From a virus (lineage: Duplodnaviria; Heunggongvirae; Uroviricota; Caudoviricetes), in IMG/VR virus record IMGVR_UViG_2913152634_000006: 39,545 nucleotides of DNA; one strand, given 5' to 3'. The notes beneath the pieces were generated by a model that searched no databases, had not been told where the DNA came from, and saw only the letters and a program-made list of their open reading frames with translations. Below, one piece after another: positions 37,387 through 39,545 of the stretch (positions within the stretch are counted from its first letter, which is position 1; every line of letters begins with the position of its first letter). The position numbers and the translations under genes are program-made.

Positions 37387-37584
37387 ATGACGCAAAATGT
37401 ACGATGCAAAAATTGCAACAAACTACTTGCCCGCGCCTCATTTCACTACATTGAAATAAAATGTCCGCGCTGCAAAACACTTAACCAGATAACGAGAGCC
37501 ATCGAGCACCCCACACACATGAGGAGTTATGACCGTGGGGATCGCAATCCAGCACCAACCAGCACATACACCGGAACACACTAA
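37387..37584 (+). CDS. Com-like zinc-finger translational regulator
   Basis: MTQNVRCKNCNKLLARASFHYIEIKCPRCKTLNQI resembles recalled Mu Com (MKSIRCKNCNKLLF...HIEIRCPRCK); ATG 37387 sits 7 nt after AGAGGTG; 3' end overlaps the downstream methyltransferase by 56 nt. Confidence 0.7.
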   Translation: MTQNVRCKNCNKLLARASFHYIEIKCPRCKTLNQITRAIEHPTHMRSYDRGDRNPAPTSTYTGTH

Positions 37585-38320
37585 GGTTTATCAGACTGAC
37601 AATGCCACGCTCTGTCGTGGGAATGCGCTGGAAATATTGCCGCTGATTGAGCCAGAAAGCATTGATGCCTTAATCACTGACCCGCCTTACAGTTCGGGTG
37701 CGACACACAAGGCCGGACGCACCAACCAGGGCAGCCATGCAAAATATCTGAACGGCGAGAACCTTCACCGCTTTGATGGGTTCGCGGGTGAAAACATGGA
37801 CGCCCGTTCGTGGGCTTACTGGACACAATTATGGATGGCACAGGCACACCGCGCAGTCAGGCCGGGCGGTTATGCCCTGGTATTTACTGACTGGCGACAA
37901 CTACCAGCTTTAACCGATGCGTTTCAGGCCAGTGGCTTTACATGGCGCGGCATCATTGCGTGGAACAAAGGGAGGGGGTCACGAACACCACATACCGGGT
38001 ATTTCCGGCATCAGTGCGAATACATCGTCTGGGGCAGCAAAGGCCATTTAGATAAATCGCCTTCGGGACCGTTCGACGGCTGCATGACGTTCCCGGTTAT
38101 CTCGTCAAAGAAAATGCACCCGACCGGAAAACCAGAAGAACTAATGGCGGAACTGGTCAGGACTGTGAATAGTGGCGGAACAGTCCTTGATCCTTTTATG
38201 GGGTCAGGGACAACGGGTGTGGCTGCACTGAAAGCAGGACGCAAATTTATTGGTATAGAAACCAGTGATCATTATTTTGATGTAGCAACACAACGGCTCA
38301 AAACGGCGATCGAACCATAA
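37529..38320 (+). CDS. DNA methyltransferase, beta-class N6-adenine/N4-cytosine type (DPPY before FxGxG)
   Basis: 263 aa; catalytic ALITDPPYSS near the N-terminus and SAM-binding VLDPFMGSGTTGVAA near the C-terminus (circularly permuted beta-class order); SD GAGGAG 2 nt upstream of the ATG; start overlaps the com-like gene. Confidence 0.85.
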   Translation: MTVGIAIQHQPAHTPEHTKVYQTDNATLCRGNALEILPLIEPESIDALITDPPYSSGATHKAGRTNQGSHAKYLNGENLHRFDGFAGENMDARSWAYWTQLWMAQAHRAVRPGGYALVFTDWRQLPALTDAFQASGFTWRGIIAWNKGRGSRTPHTGYFRHQCEYIVWGSKGHLDKSPSGPFDGCMTFPVISSKKMHPTGKPEELMAELVRTVNSGGTVLDPFMGSGTTGVAALKAGRKFIGIETSDHYFDVATQRLKTAIEP

Positions 38321-38364
38321 GAGTAAGCCCGCAATGTTGCGGGCTTACTCTACCTCTCGAAAAT

Positions 38365-38386
38365 GTGGTCACTGCGTGGACATACG
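38365..38386. repeat. Candidate att core, right copy (attR)
   Basis: Direct imperfect repeat of positions 12-35; lies between the last prophage-associated gene and the putative host gene. Confidence 0.35.
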
Positions 38387-38549
38387 CTGATACAAATCCT
38401 TTTATATCAATAAATTAAATCTTTGTTTTTTTCATCAACAAGGATTTTCACGTTTGTGTTACCTGTATGAGACGAGAGTTAACCAGACAAGTGTGCCATA
38501 ATCTCGCGGCCAGGCATACTTGCGAAGATTTCAGGTATAAGGATACGTA

Positions 38550-39545
38550 ATGATACAACCTATTTCCGGCCCTCCTCCTGGGCAACCACCAGGTCAGGGA
38601 GATAACCTGCCGTCTGGCGCGGGCAATCAGCCTTTATCCAGTCAGCAACGTACTTCGCTGGAAAGCTTAATGACGAAAGTGACCTCACTGACGCAACAAC
38701 AAAGAGCAGAACTGTGGGCGGGTATCAGGCACGATATTGGTCTATCGGGAGATTCACCGCTGCTTTCGCGTCACTTCCCTGCCGCTGAGCATAATCTGGC
38801 GCAACGTCTGTTGGCCGCGCAAAAAAGCCATTCTGCCCGCCAGCTTTTAGCGCAATTAGGGGAGTATTTACGTCTGGGGAATAATCGTCAGGCGGTCACG
38901 GAGTATATCCGTCATAACTTTGGTCAGACGCCGCTGAATCAGCTCTCACCGGAGCAATTAAAAACCATTCTCACCCTGTTGCAGGAAGGGAAAATGGTTA
39001 TTCCGCAACCACAGCAGCGCGAGGCAACCGACCGTCCTTTATTACCGGCGGAGCACAATGCGCTCAAACAGCTGGTGACCAAACTTGCGGCGGCAACGGG
39101 GGAACCCAGCAAACAGATCTGGCAATCGATGCTGGAACTTTCCGGGGTGAAAGATGGCGAGTTAATTCCAGCGAAACTGTTTAACCATCTGGTGACCTGG
39201 CTACAGGCGCGTCAGACGCTAAGCCAGCAAAATACGCCGACACTGGAATCACTACAGATGGCGCTAAAACAACCTTTAGATGCCAGTGAACTGGCGGCGT
39301 TATCGGCATATATCCAGCAAAAATATGGCCTTTCTGCGCAATCATCGCTTTCTTCTTCCCAGGCCGAGGATATTCTTAACCAGCTTTATCAACGGCGGGT
39401 TAAAGGGATTGATCCGCGTGATATGCAACCGCTGCTTAATCCTTTTCCACCGATGATGGACACGTTGCAAAATATAGCAACGCGTCCCGCGCTGTGGATA
39501 CTGTTAGTCGCGATTATCCTGATGCTGGTCTGGCTGGTTCGTTAA
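38550..39545 (+). CDS. flk: Probable host gene: Flk-like flagellar regulator with C-terminal membrane anchor
   Basis: 331 aa; Pro/Gln-rich N-terminus (MIQPISGPPPGQPPGQ) and C-terminal hydrophobic anchor (ALWILLVAIILMLVWLV); recalled match to enterobacterial Flk in length and architecture; lies outside the candidate attR. Confidence 0.5.
   Translation: MIQPISGPPPGQPPGQGDNLPSGAGNQPLSSQQRTSLESLMTKVTSLTQQQRAELWAGIRHDIGLSGDSPLLSRHFPAAEHNLAQRLLAAQKSHSARQLLAQLGEYLRLGNNRQAVTEYIRHNFGQTPLNQLSPEQLKTILTLLQEGKMVIPQPQQREATDRPLLPAEHNALKQLVTKLAAATGEPSKQIWQSMLELSGVKDGELIPAKLFNHLVTWLQARQTLSQQNTPTLESLQMALKQPLDASELAALSAYIQQKYGLSAQSSLSSSQAEDILNQLYQRRVKGIDPRDMQPLLNPFPPMMDTLQNIATRPALWILLVAIILMLVWLVR

Overview
This window is almost entirely one P2-like (Peduovirus-type) temperate prophage of about 38.4 kb in an enterobacterial chromosome. 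It runs from the integrase stop at position 1 to a candidate attR near 38365-38386, with a probable host gene (flk-like) at the right edge. The backbone is readable: int and C repressor (minus), then cox, small early genes and the HUH replication initiator A (plus), the Q/P versus O/N/M/L capsid-terminase block, lysis genes, the tail/baseplate genes R-S-V-W-J-I-H-G, tail genes FI-FII-E-T-U, D and ogr. Several accessory or rearranged loci sit on that backbone. (1) A tightly linked, AT-rich two-gene cassette between A and the portal gene (the P2 old/tin slot) encodes a Dam-family N6-adenine methyltransferase and an ABC-type ATPase with a probable C-terminal TOPRIM-like region; I read this as a candidate methyltransferase-coupled, OLD-like defence module and it is my top candidate for something undescribed. 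(2) A Mu G-segment-like invertible tail-fibre shufflon (H variable part, G, inverted G' and a promoterless Hv') is bounded by two gix-like 26-bp inverted sites and followed by a Gin-like serine invertase. (3) The FI-FII-E-T-U block is inverted relative to the canonical P2 FETUD operon, leaving D divergent from FI. (4) An AT-rich single-gene moron lies between D and ogr. (5) Between ogr and attR there is an IS-type DDE transposase and a Com-like zinc-finger gene overlapping a beta-class DNA methyltransferase, preceded by three GATCGAT repeats. All calls rest on reading the sequence and on recalled family motifs; no database search or computation was run. Starts of several small early genes, the TOPRIM assignment, the att sites and the cos position are inferences.
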